64,000 nucleotides of DNA from an uncultured virus (IMG/VR IMGVR_UViG_2888331157_000001) (IMGVR_UViG_2888331157_000001); one strand, 5' to 3'. Numbered from the stretch's first letter, positions 1 through 9,707 are shown. A program made the numbers and translations. The notes: generated from the letters alone by a model not told the origin.

Positions 1-1098
1 CTATTGGGATTTCCGCTGCTTAGGAACGGCCGGGGAAGACGCTTGTACGAATCCTGTACGAAGTGCGGCGTGTACTTTGTCCGTGGTGTCCTCGGCGTGG
101 GTGTAGGTCTTCTGCATCAATGTGATGTCAGCCCATCGTCCAGCTTTCCCCACCGTGCGCGCATCAAGCCGCTGGCGTACGAGCAACTCCGTTGCGAACC
201 CATGACGCCCTGCGGCGTGCGGCATGATCTCCGCGATCTTTGCTTTTTTGCAGGCCGTCTTCCATGCCTTGTAGCAGCCATCCTTGCCGGCATAGCCGAA
301 CATCTTCTCGATCTTGGTCCGTGTCTTCCCGTGCGGTCCCTTGCGCGGCCGACGCGGACGGAGGTTCGCCAGTTCGACAACCAGGTCCATCGGCAGGTCA
401 ACCCACTGCGCTTCTGTACCCTTCGCCTCCGGCATCCAGACGCGTGCGTTCTGCAGATCGAAATCGTCCGGCTTCAATGCTGTGGCTTGGCTGATGCGTG
501 CGCCGGTGGCGAACATGAAGTAGGCCATGGCGCGCAGATAGGGGTTCGCCTTCGTTCGAAACGCCAACAGCCATTCCCACGAGCCCGGAGTCTTCTCGAC
601 TCGGCTCTGCTTGCCGCGCTCGCGGTCCTGTTTCAGCCGTTCAGCTTTGGTGTAGGCCTTGATGCGGATAGGGGGGCATTTGCCGAGATCGTGCGCATTG
701 TTGATCACTGCGCGGATCGGCGTCACCACGTGACGTTGCCAAGAATCCGTGGCGCCGTTCGGGAAAATGATCGGGCCAAGGTTTCTGACTTCCTGAGGAG
801 TGATAGAGGGGACACTCCGGTCGGTCAGGTGCGGGAGGATCGCTTCGAGATCGTTCGCTTCCATAGGATTCGCCGGATAGAGCATCACGGCGTCCTCGAA
901 GGTCAGGGCCTTTTCTTCCCCAACGATATCACGTTTGATCTCTTTCCTTTCGAACTCTGCGAGCGCGACTTCTGCGTCCCTTTTTGGCGCTGTCGAAGGT
1001 ATTCCAGTGCTTTGCCGGTAGTATTTACCGGACGGTATCCGGTCGATCCGTCCTTTGAACCACCACCATCCGGTTCGTTCGTAGAGTTCGAGGGGCAA
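1..1098 (-). CDS. int: Tyrosine recombinase (phage integrase)
   Basis: Catalytic motifs ATGARISQA (R), PHAAGRHGFAT (H..R), GRW and KTYTH (Y); 365 aa; located at the phage edge. Confidence 0.93.
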   Translation of the reverse strand: MPLELYERTGWWWFKGRIDRIPSGKYYRQSTGIPSTAPKRDAEVALAEFERKEIKRDIVGEEKALTFEDAVMLYPANPMEANDLEAILPHLTDRSVPSITPQEVRNLGPIIFPNGATDSWQRHVVTPIRAVINNAHDLGKCPPIRIKAYTKAERLKQDRERGKQSRVEKTPGSWEWLLAFRTKANPYLRAMAYFMFATGARISQATALKPDDFDLQNARVWMPEAKGTEAQWVDLPMDLVVELANLRPRRPRKGPHGKTRTKIEKMFGYAGKDGCYKAWKTACKKAKIAEIMPHAAGRHGFATELLVRQRLDARTVGKAGRWADITLMQKTYTHAEDTTDKVHAALRTGFVQASSPAVPKQRKSQ

Positions 1099-1295
1099 TC
1101 TTCTGGTTCCTGGAATAGTCGGTCAATGTGCTCTGGCAGGAGTATCATCGCCTTTCCGAGCATCTTGCAAGCTCGGAGGCGCCGCGCGTCCGCTCGGATC
1201 GTTCGCGCCGACAGGTGGATGCCGCGCGCAGCGAACACTTCCACCCACTCCTCTGGCGTCTTCCCCTCCTCCAAGATGATGCTTGGCCCTGGCAT
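903..1295 (-). CDS. Excisionase-like small DNA-binding protein overlapping int
   Basis: Directly upstream of int; HTH-like N-terminus (TPEEW...SARTIRADARR...LLPEHIDRL); start coupled to the upstream stop. Confidence 0.6.
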   Translation of the reverse strand: MPGPSIILEEGKTPEEWVEVFAARGIHLSARTIRADARRLRACKMLGKAMILLPEHIDRLFQEPEDCPSNSTNEPDGGGSKDGSTGYRPVNTTGKALEYLRQRQKGTQKSRSQSSKGKRSNVISLGKKRP

Positions 1296-1780
1296 CAGTC
1301 GTCATACCCCGCAATCCAGAGCCGGTACCGGCCGTCAATTCGATTGAACTCGCCCGCCGCCCGCTCATCATGATCGAGCATTGCCCTGCTGGTGACCCCG
1401 CAAATCTCGCGTAGCCAGTCCGCGGCTTCCTCGGCCGACCCAGTTTCGCTGAAGGTCCAGAAACCGCGCTCCTGGCACATCATCGCTGCGCGTCGCGCGA
1501 GCGGACCGCCTTTGAGTTCGGGTTCGGTTTGTTCACTGGCGCCAGGGCTGGTCTCGCCTGATTGCTCAGCCGCAGGGAAGTCCGGTTTCTCTTCGGCCTG
1601 TGCTTGTGCGGCGCTTCCGGGCTTTTGCCCTGGCGTTTCGGCGGCCGGCGCGATCACGTCGAAGACAAGATTTTCGCCGATGATAAACACGTCGACCTTT
1701 TCGCAGTCGCTGATGTCGAGCAGGGTGCGCAGCGCGTCGGCCGTGGGGATGGAATAGCGATGGACGATCGTCGGTATCAT
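1295..1780 (-). CDS. Hypothetical phage protein
   Basis: Start MIPTIV overlaps upstream stop; C-terminal GGPLARRAAMMC...LREICGVTSRAMLD segment looks like a conserved phage domain. Confidence 0.65.
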   Translation of the reverse strand: MIPTIVHRYSIPTADALRTLLDISDCEKVDVFIIGENLVFDVIAPAAETPGQKPGSAAQAQAEEKPDFPAAEQSGETSPGASEQTEPELKGGPLARRAAMMCQERGFWTFSETGSAEEAADWLREICGVTSRAMLDHDERAAGEFNRIDGRYRLWIAGYDD

Positions 1781-1959
1781 CGCTGGCGAGCCCCTAGCAC
1801 AAGGCTTTGCCATGGATTCGGACGCTTGAACTCGCCGATGCGATTGAGATTGACCCATTGCGCGGCCCAATAACCGAACATGTAGAATTTGTACCGGGCC
1901 AGCGAATCCCATGCTTTGCGCTCGGCCTCGTCCATCTCGTGTCTCAGCCGATCGATCAC
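1777..1959 (-). CDS. Hypothetical protein
   Basis: GTG start overlaps upstream TGA; part of a coupled gene chain. Confidence 0.55.
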   Translation of the reverse strand: MIDRLRHEMDEAERKAWDSLARYKFYMFGYWAAQWVNLNRIGEFKRPNPWQSLVLGARQR

Positions 1960-2291
1960 AGCCCGATCTCCTCGAGGAAAGTTTCGAGCCCGACCGGTTT
2001 TTCCGGAGCCGAGAAATAGCCCTTGATATGGGCATCCCAGTGTTCGGCGAGTTTCGCCGATACCTGCCGGCGAGCACGCTTCATGCTCTCGATTTTGAGT
2101 TCGTCCGACGTGCGCGTGATGCGCCGATCCCACTTCCTGATCTCGCGCCAAAAGCCGCGATGCTCAATTCGAACAGCATCAGGCAACATCCGAAAACAAT
2201 CGCCGCAGACAGTCTCCTGATCCTCATGTTCGCGCTTGAAGGTGCGGCGGCAGCGCGGATTGATGCAGGGGATTCGCTCAGCGGAGACCAC
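1956..2291 (-). CDS. Hypothetical Zn-finger-like protein
   Basis: GGAGG before GTG; CxxxxC and CxxC pairs. Confidence 0.6.
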   Translation of the reverse strand: MVSAERIPCINPRCRRTFKREHEDQETVCGDCFRMLPDAVRIEHRGFWREIRKWDRRITRTSDELKIESMKRARRQVSAKLAEHWDAHIKGYFSAPEKPVGLETFLEEIGL

Positions 2292-2544
2292 GACGTGCCT
2301 CCGCGAGATATTTTGGAAACATCGCTTCGATGTGTTCCGGAACAGGTTCACCACGTGCTGCAGCAACCAGCGCTTCGCTCAGTTGGACGCCTAGGGAAGG
2401 TTCCCTGGGCTCATCATGCCGCGCCCGATACTGGCGTGCGGCCTTCTTCCCATGTCGGGCCTTGATGTGCTGGAAAACGTCATTGTGACCGATGAAAAGC
2501 ACGCCGGTGCAATGTGGGCAGGGAAAGGTACGCGCGTCAGCCAT
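2278..2544 (-). CDS. Hypothetical C2H2-like Zn-finger protein
   Basis: CPHC...HIKARH pattern; overlaps neighbours. Confidence 0.55.
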   Translation of the reverse strand: MADARTFPCPHCTGVLFIGHNDVFQHIKARHGKKAARQYRARHDEPREPSLGVQLSEALVAAARGEPVPEHIEAMFPKYLAEARRGLR

Positions 2545-2788
2545 GCCACACCGCCTTCTCGACGGCCGCCTTGCAGCCATCGAGTGTCGTCATCGCTCCA
2601 GTGCGGCCATCATCCCATATGCCATAATACGGCCCGTCGCCCAGGAACTGCTGAATGGCACCGCTGGTGCCGTGGAGCAGCCACAGGCGTGTCTTTTCTT
2701 GCTCGGTGCAGGTGCAGACATCACCCCTCTCATGGATCGTACAGACGCGCGAGAAACGCCAGCGTGTGAATTCCAGCAGCCCGCTCAT
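2537..2788 (-). CDS. Hypothetical protein
   Basis: ATGA coupling with the HerA-like gene. Confidence 0.55.
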   Translation of the reverse strand: MSGLLEFTRWRFSRVCTIHERGDVCTCTEQEKTRLWLLHGTSGAIQQFLGDGPYYGIWDDGRTGAMTTLDGCKAAVEKAVWHG

Positions 2789-4407
2789 TCGAGTCCGGCC
2801 GCGATGCGCAGCCCTCCTGCTTCCGAGATCAGGCTGTTCTTGCGCAGGATCGACATTCGCGTGTTCCAGCTACCGCCGCGCGGGACAACGCCGAGTTGAT
2901 GCGCCAAGGCGTCGATCGAGATGCCGGGCGTACGGCGGATGATCTTGAAGGCATCTGCCGAGGGCGTCGGAAGGTTCTGCTCCAACAAGTCCGCAGGCGC
3001 CAAACCTTCCGGTGCTGCCGGCGGGTTCGTCGGCACGACCAGATCACCTTCCTCGCGGACACGACCGCTGTCGAGCAAAGCGCGGCGACGGGTATTGAAG
3101 CTGCCGCCTCTCGCCTTGCGACCACAAGCAGCCGCCAAGCCGGCCCATGTCAACTTCGCGGGCCACACCCGCATCGCGACATCAAGGAAAGGATCGCCAC
3201 CTAAAGTCATCTGCTTGGCCGCAGCGGACGCCAAAGACTTCACCGCTTCGCGGGTCTTCGACTTCATAGTAGACAGCGGTGGGTTACTGCTAATGGTCAC
3301 CGGGGTAGGATTCGAGCCTGCGAACAACGGGTATTCTACCCGTTGCCTAGCCTCGCTCGGCTTTCCGGCCGTAGGCGCGATGTTTTCGATCGCACCCCTG
3401 ACTTTGATGAACGCATCATCCCACCCGTCACCATAACCGGTGCGATAACCTTTCTCCTCGCCTCGATCATAGCCGCGTTTCTCGGCTGCCTCGATATCGG
3501 CCGGCGCGGCGGTGCTTTTGACCGGCTTGGCGGCTTCTTCCTTCGCCTTGGCGGCGTCGACCATCATCTGGCGCAGCGCGGCGACGTCTACCCCTGTAAG
3601 AGCCGGCGCCACCACTGTCTCGCCAACCTCAGGCGTGCGGGAAGAATCGAACGTTCGGATCGGCAGGAACTTGACCAGTTCGAGTTCGTCGTCGGCCGGC
3701 GACCATACCCAGCCTTCGCCACGCTGGAGCTTCGGTAGGCTGCCCATCACCGCCCGCGCCTGGTCGGCGTCCGCGTTGCCCTTGACCCACTCCTCGATCG
3801 CCTTCCGGTCCTGCGGGCTGGTCAGCTTCAGCGCGATCAGCGTTCCGATCTGGCTGAGAACGTTCTTATGAATCACCGCCGGCCTCTGGCTGATCATGAC
3901 CGGCCGGAAGCCCTTGATGCGGCCGCGCCTGACGATCTTGTCGAAGGCGCCGAACAGGCGCTGCTCGCCGTCGGCTAGGCGCTGCGAAGCGATCTCATCG
4001 GCCTCGTCTACAATCAGGTGCAGCGCCGTCTTGTTCTTGGCGTAGAGGTTTTCCAGGAACGGCGTCAGGAACCGGTTCTTTTCTCCGTGTGTCATTTCAG
4101 ATGTGTCGATGATCGCCTGCACGTCACGCTCTGCAAGCGCGAGGGCAAGAGCCTTGCCCGTGTCAGCATCGGGTGTAATCGGCACGTCTGCATGCTCGCC
4201 GCCGAAGATCAGGACAGGGAAGCCGCCATTCTCGGAACCGTCTGCGCCGGATCGCAGGCCCCACCATGCGCCGGTTGGGTCAATGACGATCACGCGCCGG
4301 CCGAGCTCGAGCAGCTGTTCGACGGCGCTCTTCGCGGTGAAAGTCTTGCCGGCGCCGGTGGTGCCGACGATCGCTGTCGGGTGGTCGAGGTACCGGGTGA
4401 TATCCAT
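2785..4407 (-). CDS. HerA/FtsK-superfamily (DUF87-like) ATPase with C-terminal tandem wHTH-like repeats
   Basis: Walker A GTTGAGKT, IVIDPTG, Walker B LIVDEAD, GRIKG arginine finger, SQRP motif. Confidence 0.85.
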   Translation of the reverse strand: MDITRYLDHPTAIVGTTGAGKTFTAKSAVEQLLELGRRVIVIDPTGAWWGLRSGADGSENGGFPVLIFGGEHADVPITPDADTGKALALALAERDVQAIIDTSEMTHGEKNRFLTPFLENLYAKNKTALHLIVDEADEIASQRLADGEQRLFGAFDKIVRRGRIKGFRPVMISQRPAVIHKNVLSQIGTLIALKLTSPQDRKAIEEWVKGNADADQARAVMGSLPKLQRGEGWVWSPADDELELVKFLPIRTFDSSRTPEVGETVVAPALTGVDVAALRQMMVDAAKAKEEAAKPVKSTAAPADIEAAEKRGYDRGEEKGYRTGYGDGWDDAFIKVRGAIENIAPTAGKPSEARQRVEYPLFAGSNPTPVTISSNPPLSTMKSKTREAVKSLASAAAKQMTLGGDPFLDVAMRVWPAKLTWAGLAAACGRKARGGSFNTRRRALLDSGRVREEGDLVVPTNPPAAPEGLAPADLLEQNLPTPSADAFKIIRRTPGISIDALAHQLGVVPRGGSWNTRMSILRKNSLISEAGGLRIAAGLE

Positions 4408-4679
4408 CAGGACGGCCTCGCGTTCAAGGTGGGGATCTGTTCAAGGACTTTGCCTAGGATGGCCGTCTCGGAATTGAGCATGATGCGCACAGCAACCGCA
4501 GCGCAGCGTTCCATGGCCTCCTCGCCGTGATAAAGCTTAATCGCCGTCAAAATAGCTGCGATGCCAGTTGCGAGCGCTCCGACAGCCAAACCACTATGGG
4601 CGTCGTTGCCTATCCACGCTTTGGGGCAGTGGGTCTCTATTGCGGCGATGATTTCGTCTGTGAGCAAATTCGTCATCAC
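4407..4679 (-). CDS. Hypothetical protein
   Basis: Translationally coupled on both sides. Confidence 0.6.
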   Translation of the reverse strand: MMTNLLTDEIIAAIETHCPKAWIGNDAHSGLAVGALATGIAAILTAIKLYHGEEAMERCAAVAVRIMLNSETAILGKVLEQIPTLNARPS

Positions 4680-5806
4680 ATCACCAATGTCAGGTGGTCA
4701 GCCGCGCGGGTGACCGCCGTGTAAAGCCAGCGGCGGCGGTCATCGCCGAAGGCGCGGGATTCATCGAAGACGCAGACCTTCGGCCACTGGCTGCCCTGCG
4801 CCTTATGGGCCGTGATCGCCATTCCGAAGGTGAAGCGCTGCGTGCCGATCAGTTGCTTCCAAGGGATGCCGTCGGCTGAGCTGTCCGGCTTGAAGAACTC
4901 CGGCCGAACCCTGATCTCGATCTCCGGGCGCTCAGGACTGTCCGGATCGGCGACGGTATACCGCAGGACCTTCTTGCTCTGGCTGCGACCCGGCTTGGCC
5001 TTAGCGACGATCTTGTAGATCTCGCCGTTGGCGATGCGTTTCTCGCGATCGTTTCGCAGGCAGATCAGGCTTTCGCCGACCATCGGATTGGGGTCTGTAA
5101 ACCCATGCAGTTCCCGGAGCCGGGCATTGTAGCGCTGGCGGGAAACATTCTTGCCGACTATCACTATGTCGGCGTCGGTAACGCGGTGTTGCTCCAGATC
5201 CTCCCGCCGGCAGATGTGCAAGAAGTCCAGATCGCAGGGCGCATAGCTGCCGCCTGTCCGGATCTCGCTCGCAAGACGGATGATTGGGCTATCCTTCGCC
5301 TGCCGGTGCACATCGGTGAGCATGTAGTCGGGCTCGCCGGCCGTGAAATATCCGTGACCGGAGACAGGAGGGAGTTGAGCCGGATCGCCTAGGACGAGCA
5401 CCGGAACATCGAAGGACAACAGGTCCTTCGCAAGTTCCTCATTCACCATGGACACCTCGTCGACAATGACGAGTGACACGCCATCGAGCGCCGACCTGTT
5501 GAGTTCGAGGATCAAATTGCCGTCATCGTCGCGCAACGGCATGCCGTTGGCATCGTACTTCCCCTGATAGATCAAAGAGTGGATGGTCTTGGCGCCGACG
5601 CATCCCTTCTGGCGCATGACGCGCGCGGCTTTACCGGTGAACGCAGCGAACTTGACCTTCCCGTCTTCCTGTTCGGCGATATGGGTGGCGAGCGTGGATT
5701 TCCCTGTGCCAGCATAGCCCGCGAGATAGAAGGTCGGCGCGTAGCGCAGTCGCAGCCAAGCCGCCGCCTTCGAAAGAGCCTCGTTCTGTTGGGGCGCCCA
5801 CTGCAT
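4676..5806 (-). CDS. RecD/Dda-like SF1B 5'-3' DNA helicase
   Basis: GYAGTGKS, AFTGKAA, TIHSL, VDEVSMV, GDPAQLPPV, HRQ, TAHKAQGSQW, YTAVTRA. Confidence 0.93.
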   Translation of the reverse strand: MQWAPQQNEALSKAAAWLRLRYAPTFYLAGYAGTGKSTLATHIAEQEDGKVKFAAFTGKAARVMRQKGCVGAKTIHSLIYQGKYDANGMPLRDDDGNLILELNRSALDGVSLVIVDEVSMVNEELAKDLLSFDVPVLVLGDPAQLPPVSGHGYFTAGEPDYMLTDVHRQAKDSPIIRLASEIRTGGSYAPCDLDFLHICRREDLEQHRVTDADIVIVGKNVSRQRYNARLRELHGFTDPNPMVGESLICLRNDREKRIANGEIYKIVAKAKPGRSQSKKVLRYTVADPDSPERPEIEIRVRPEFFKPDSSADGIPWKQLIGTQRFTFGMAITAHKAQGSQWPKVCVFDESRAFGDDRRRWLYTAVTRAADHLTLVM

Positions 5807-6153
5807 CAGATTTCGCCCTGAAGTCGCCGAGCTACCGCAGCCAGGCCAACCGCCATGACGGTCGCGACATCCATCGACATCGCTGTCTGGCGCTGGTGCG
5901 CTTCACCAATTGCCTCGTTCCAAAAACAAGAGAGAGCATCGGCGAGCGTTGCGGCAGTTAGCGCCTCCGTAGCTGGCCTCGCTGCAAGCGCGGCCTCGGC
6001 AACCCTCGCCCTATCGAGATAGCGGTTGTTCGCCTCGAGAAGTTCGTTGACGCGCTTGTTGTGCGTCGTGGCGCGATCTTCCGCCTGGTTGAGCAGTTCG
6101 GCCACTCGAGCCGGAGCGAAAATGACGCGTTCAATAGTCCAGTCGCCAGCCAT
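5806..6153 (-). CDS. Hypothetical coiled-coil protein
   Basis: GGAG upstream; start overlaps upstream stop. Confidence 0.6.
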   Translation of the reverse strand: MAGDWTIERVIFAPARVAELLNQAEDRATTHNKRVNELLEANNRYLDRARVAEAALAARPATEALTAATLADALSCFWNEAIGEAHQRQTAMSMDVATVMAVGLAAVARRLQGEI

Positions 6154-6476
6154 CACGCGTTCTCCTTCACCGGAGCCACGATTTGAGTGGCGAAGCCGAT
6201 GACGGCGGTCGCCAGCGCGCGGAGCGAATGGCCATCTGTCAGGGTGCGTGGATCGCACTCGATGACCTTGCGGGCGATATCGGTGGCGCCGTCAAAGCTG
6301 AGCGGCGCCACGATGATGGAGCCTCCGGCGCCGACAAGCACGGCATCGCCGACCTGGAACGGAACTTCGACCGGGCCGTCTTTCGCAGGCAATTTGAGCG
6401 CGCCAGACCGGGTGACGGTTGCGACCTTCCAACCGTTCTCAAAAACGGCGACATCATGGGCATGGATCTCGATCAT
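6153..6476 (-). CDS. Hypothetical protein
   Basis: Coupled gene chain. Confidence 0.6.
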   Translation of the reverse strand: MIEIHAHDVAVFENGWKVATVTRSGALKLPAKDGPVEVPFQVGDAVLVGAGGSIIVAPLSFDGATDIARKVIECDPRTLTDGHSLRALATAVIGFATQIVAPVKENA

Positions 6477-6646
6477 CAGGCTCGCTCCGTCTTCAGAACT
6501 TTGATCTTCTTGATGAGAGAGGCGTTGCCCTCGGCGACGAGCGTCTTCTGAGCCTCAATCCTTGCTGCGGCTGACGACGGCGCATCGATGTCGGTGCTCG
6601 ATCCGTCGGTGAAGTGGACGCGAAAGGTTACTGGAGACCGGCTCAT
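6476..6646 (-). CDS. Small hypothetical protein (56 aa, MSRSPVTFRVHFTDG...)
   Basis: Below the ORF-track cut-off; ATG and TGA overlap both neighbours and fill the gap exactly. Confidence 0.6.
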   Translation of the reverse strand: MSRSPVTFRVHFTDGSSTDIDAPSSAAARIEAQKTLVAEGNASLIKKIKVLKTERA

Positions 6647-7035
6647 ATGCCGGCTACCGCGCGAGGGACGCGCCGCTTCGAGGCGTCCTCGTCCTTCGGC
6701 GCCTCGAAAGGTTCCAACGGATGCAGCGCTGCCTCCGACGAATGCAGAAGCTGGCGCTGGATACCAATCCGGCTCTCAGCGTAGGTCTTCGCCTTGCTGA
6801 TCTCGCGGGTGAAATGTGAGACCGCATTATTGTAGATGAACTCGGCCTGTTCGAGTTGGCTCGCGAGATCGCGGACGGACATATCCCGCTCACGCTCAAT
6901 CGTCATAATCGCCCGCGCAGCTTGGTCGATTGCCGAGCGGTGCTCGGCAATCTTGGCAGCGACCGGATCGGCCAGCACCGCATTCTGCGTGAGGTCGACG
7001 GTCAGTTCACGCTCAAGGTCTGCTTCGAGTGCCAT
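6643..7035 (-). CDS. Hypothetical coiled-coil protein
   Basis: GAGG SD; helical composition. Confidence 0.6.
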   Translation of the reverse strand: MALEADLERELTVDLTQNAVLADPVAAKIAEHRSAIDQAARAIMTIERERDMSVRDLASQLEQAEFIYNNAVSHFTREISKAKTYAESRIGIQRQLLHSSEAALHPLEPFEAPKDEDASKRRVPRAVAGI

Positions 7036-7038
7036 CGG

Positions 7039-8286
7039 TCAGCCCTCCTCGCCAGTATCGAAGCCGTCGAGGTAGGCCTGCAGCTTCTGCTCGTCGTTGC
7101 GGAACTCGGCGGGTACCGCCTTGCGGCTCAGTCCCTTCTTCCGAGCCTCAATGCCCTTGGCTCGTGCCTGGGTGATGGGGTCGGCGACGTCCGGTCCTGG
7201 AGTATGGCCAGACGTCGCCTTGCCCTCCGGACGGTCCTGTCCGGAGGGCTTTTCCGCGCTGGTAGTCTCAGCGGCATGATTGCGGGTTTGCGCGGAATTG
7301 GAATTAGTGCCGTCGCCCGACGGAGGTGCATTGTCGGGCGACGGCTTCGCCTCATCAGCAGTGGGGGTGGACTGCTTTCCCGAGGCACCGGCGCCGGCCG
7401 GAGAGGAGGTGCTGGCGTCCGATTTCTGATCCTTGGTTTCCGTCTTTGCGAAATCGTCGACGGCAGATTTCTGGTCGGCCGCCGCGCCATCGCCGACGGC
7501 CTGAATTGGTGGGAAAGTATCATCGAGAGACGCCATGCCGTCCTGCACGGCCTTCATCATGGCAATCACTCGGGCGATATCGGGCGCCAGCCATTCGGCG
7601 GCCTTGCGACCGATGATGGCTTCAACTCGGGCGATATCGACATGTTCGCGGAGACGTTCGGCAGTCGCGTTGCGCCACTTCGGCAGATCCTTCCCGATCT
7701 TGTCGACGAGCCCCTGCTTGGCCTCTTCGAAGGCAAAGTCCGCAAAAGTCTGGAGCGCATTGACGGTGACGTTGCGCAGCGCCTTCGAGGTTCCGATCTG
7801 GAACGCGATGTCGAGCCGCCGCGCGTCGTCGCCGCCGCCAATCTTGCCTGCGCCCTTCTGCTGCTGAAATGGCCGAACAAGCGAGAAGCCAGTTTCGAGA
7901 TCGAGGAACCGCGCATAGAACAGCCACGAATTGCCGAGATCCTGCACACGGACATCGAGGTCGCAGTTGCCATAAAGGCGCGCCAGGTCATTGGCGAGCT
8001 TGATGGACGGCCCTTCGATCCAGTCGATCCGGTTCTCTCTCTTGTTCCTGACCGGGAACCGGTAGTACCAGTCGGTTCCTGCTGCGGCGGCAAGGAACTT
8101 CAGCTTTCCGAGCACCTTCGACTCGTCGCGGAAGACAGCGACAGCCTGCGCACCGAACACCCGGTCGGTCGGCGTCTGGAACGGCGACGTGGCGACTACA
8201 TCGCCGCCGCGGCGGCTTTCACTCTCCCGGGCGAAGGTGTCCAGCGCACTGAAACGATCCTCGCGTTCAACTGTCTCGGTATTCAT
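7039..8286 (-). CDS. Putative single-strand annealing protein (phage recombinase) with low-complexity C-terminus
   Basis: Y.FP...IEGPSIKLANDLARLYGN motif; adjacent to YqaJ exonuclease as in exo/SSAP pairs. Confidence 0.65.
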   Translation of the reverse strand: MNTETVEREDRFSALDTFARESESRRGGDVVATSPFQTPTDRVFGAQAVAVFRDESKVLGKLKFLAAAAGTDWYYRFPVRNKRENRIDWIEGPSIKLANDLARLYGNCDLDVRVQDLGNSWLFYARFLDLETGFSLVRPFQQQKGAGKIGGGDDARRLDIAFQIGTSKALRNVTVNALQTFADFAFEEAKQGLVDKIGKDLPKWRNATAERLREHVDIARVEAIIGRKAAEWLAPDIARVIAMMKAVQDGMASLDDTFPPIQAVGDGAAADQKSAVDDFAKTETKDQKSDASTSSPAGAGASGKQSTPTADEAKPSPDNAPPSGDGTNSNSAQTRNHAAETTSAEKPSGQDRPEGKATSGHTPGPDVADPITQARAKGIEARKKGLSRKAVPAEFRNDEQKLQAYLDGFDTGEEG

Positions 8287-8301
8287 GTTGGCCTATTCCT
8301 T

Positions 8302-9213
8302 CTATCGATGATCGGCGACGCGCAGCGGCCGTTGTGTGGAGGCGGCCACGGTGTACTGCTTGCGCTGTTGGGTTTTCCAAGTGAGCTTCCAGCCGGGCAG
8401 CGTGGCCTCTTCGGCATCGCCCATCTTCGACTTGATCTCGGTGTCGATCTCTTCGACGCGCTCCTTGTCGGCCTTTTCGCGCACCTTGATATCGGCGCGT
8501 TCGGCGAGCAATGCGGGAAGGAAATTGTCGGTACTCAGATCGATGATCTTTGCCGGCACGCTCGCCGGATACATCGCGGCGATCACCTCGGCGTCGCACG
8601 CATAGTCGACGGCCGGCTGTCTGCCGGCGGCGACGTTGCTCCAGAACTGCTGGACAATCGTCCGAACCTTGTTTTCCGCGTCCGGATGCCGAGGAACCTC
8701 ATCGACGACGAGTTGGGCGGTGTATGTGTCGATCACCAGCGCTGCGACCAGGTTGGTGCGCGAATTGAGCAGCACGCCTTCGGAGATCGTCTGGAGCGCA
8801 TATTTCAGAGGCGCCTTGTCGTTCTCCCACTCGCGCTCATAGACCGGGCGAGCAATGACCTTGCACTGGATGTTGATGATGCCGGGCTCGGCAGGATCTT
8901 CTGCAACCGCATCAGGCGTTGCGCCCATACGAATTTCTGTATCGCGGAGGTAGACACCGGCCCGGCGAAGGTCCCATGTCGGGTAGGTTTCCCTCATGGC
9001 CTCGATGACAGCAGCTTCCAGCCACCGACCGCGCCGCATGGCATCGTTCTCGGCCTCACCGCCGATCATGCCGGTCTTCTCGGCATAGACACGCAGCGGC
9101 GACTTGAAGTGGTCGACGCCGGCAACGGCACCGATGTCTGAAGCCGTGAGGTCAAGCTGCCGAAGCGCCAACCACTCGTCACGAGACTTTGGGTAAAAAA
9201 CCTCGACGCTCAT
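8302..9213 (-). CDS. YqaJ-like (lambda-exo family) viral exonuclease
   Basis: RDEWLALRQLDLTASD, KSPLRVYAEKTG, RGRWLE, ATPD, IQCK. Confidence 0.9.
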   Translation of the reverse strand: MSVEVFYPKSRDEWLALRQLDLTASDIGAVAGVDHFKSPLRVYAEKTGMIGGEAENDAMRRGRWLEAAVIEAMRETYPTWDLRRAGVYLRDTEIRMGATPDAVAEDPAEPGIINIQCKVIARPVYEREWENDKAPLKYALQTISEGVLLNSRTNLVAALVIDTYTAQLVVDEVPRHPDAENKVRTIVQQFWSNVAAGRQPAVDYACDAEVIAAMYPASVPAKIIDLSTDNFLPALLAERADIKVREKADKERVEEIDTEIKSKMGDAEEATLPGWKLTWKTQQRKQYTVAASTQRPLRVADHR

Positions 9214-9587
9214 GGCCGGTCCTCGCCGGTCCATGGTTCCAGCCGCCAGCTTTCCTGCCAGAACGCAACGATTTCGCCAGATTTGACGAAGTTGGCGACA
9301 CGGACATCGAGACGAGAACCGAACGCACTTGCGTATATCGAGGCACCCTCTGTCGGTGCAAAGTGACGATGTGGCTCATCGGCCACTTCAAGGATGACGT
9401 GCGGAAGGCCTCCGTCCGAATATCCGAGACCAACGCGTGGGGTGACGATGTCACCGACCTTGAACGGGCACGGCGAGCGGTATCGTTCGCACGCCTCGAT
9501 CAGCGTGGCGACCTGTGCCTCCGGGATGGGACGCTTGTCCTGGGATTGAGCGAGGAGTGAGGCAAGGGTGACTGGTTCTGATGGCAT
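9210..9587 (-). CDS. Hypothetical protein (first gene of the PL transcript)
   Basis: GGAG SD; immediately downstream of the PL-like promoter. Confidence 0.6.
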   Translation of the reverse strand: MPSEPVTLASLLAQSQDKRPIPEAQVATLIEACERYRSPCPFKVGDIVTPRVGLGYSDGGLPHVILEVADEPHRHFAPTEGASIYASAFGSRLDVRVANFVKSGEIVAFWQESWRLEPWTGEDRP

Positions 9588-9608
9588 CGATTTTTCTCCG
9601 ATGCCATG

Positions 9609-9707
9609 AACGTAAGTTGGAAAACTCCAACTCGTCAAGCGGAAAGTTGGAATTCTCCAATTCTCGATTTCGATGACCAAACGCCACCGAGTTGGAAATC
9701 TTCTGAT
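9609..9707 (-). promoter_or_regulatory. PL-like promoter with three operator sites (OL)
   Basis: Minus-strand TTGACG (9638-9633) and TACGTT-like -10; operators AGTTGGAAAACTCCAACT 9615-9632, AGTTGGAATTCTCCAATT 9645-9662, weak copy 9690-9707. Confidence 0.8.

Noticed and set aside
1..60. Attachment site
   Set aside because: The window begins at the integrase stop codon, so any att site lies outside it.
3301..3325. tRNA T-arm-like sequence
   Set aside because: Inside the HerA-like CDS with no cloverleaf; no tRNA was found in the window.
6856..9141. 761-aa plus-strand ORF, and other long antisense ORFs such as 4-1347, 43893-45188 and 50773-52335
   Set aside because: Shadows of real genes on the opposite strand in high-GC DNA; no recognisable motifs.
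9596..9614. Possible 14th RBS hairpin (TACG-TTCA-TGGC-A...GGAG)
   Set aside because: The 3' half matches but the 5' arm cannot pair, and it overlaps the PL -10 region.
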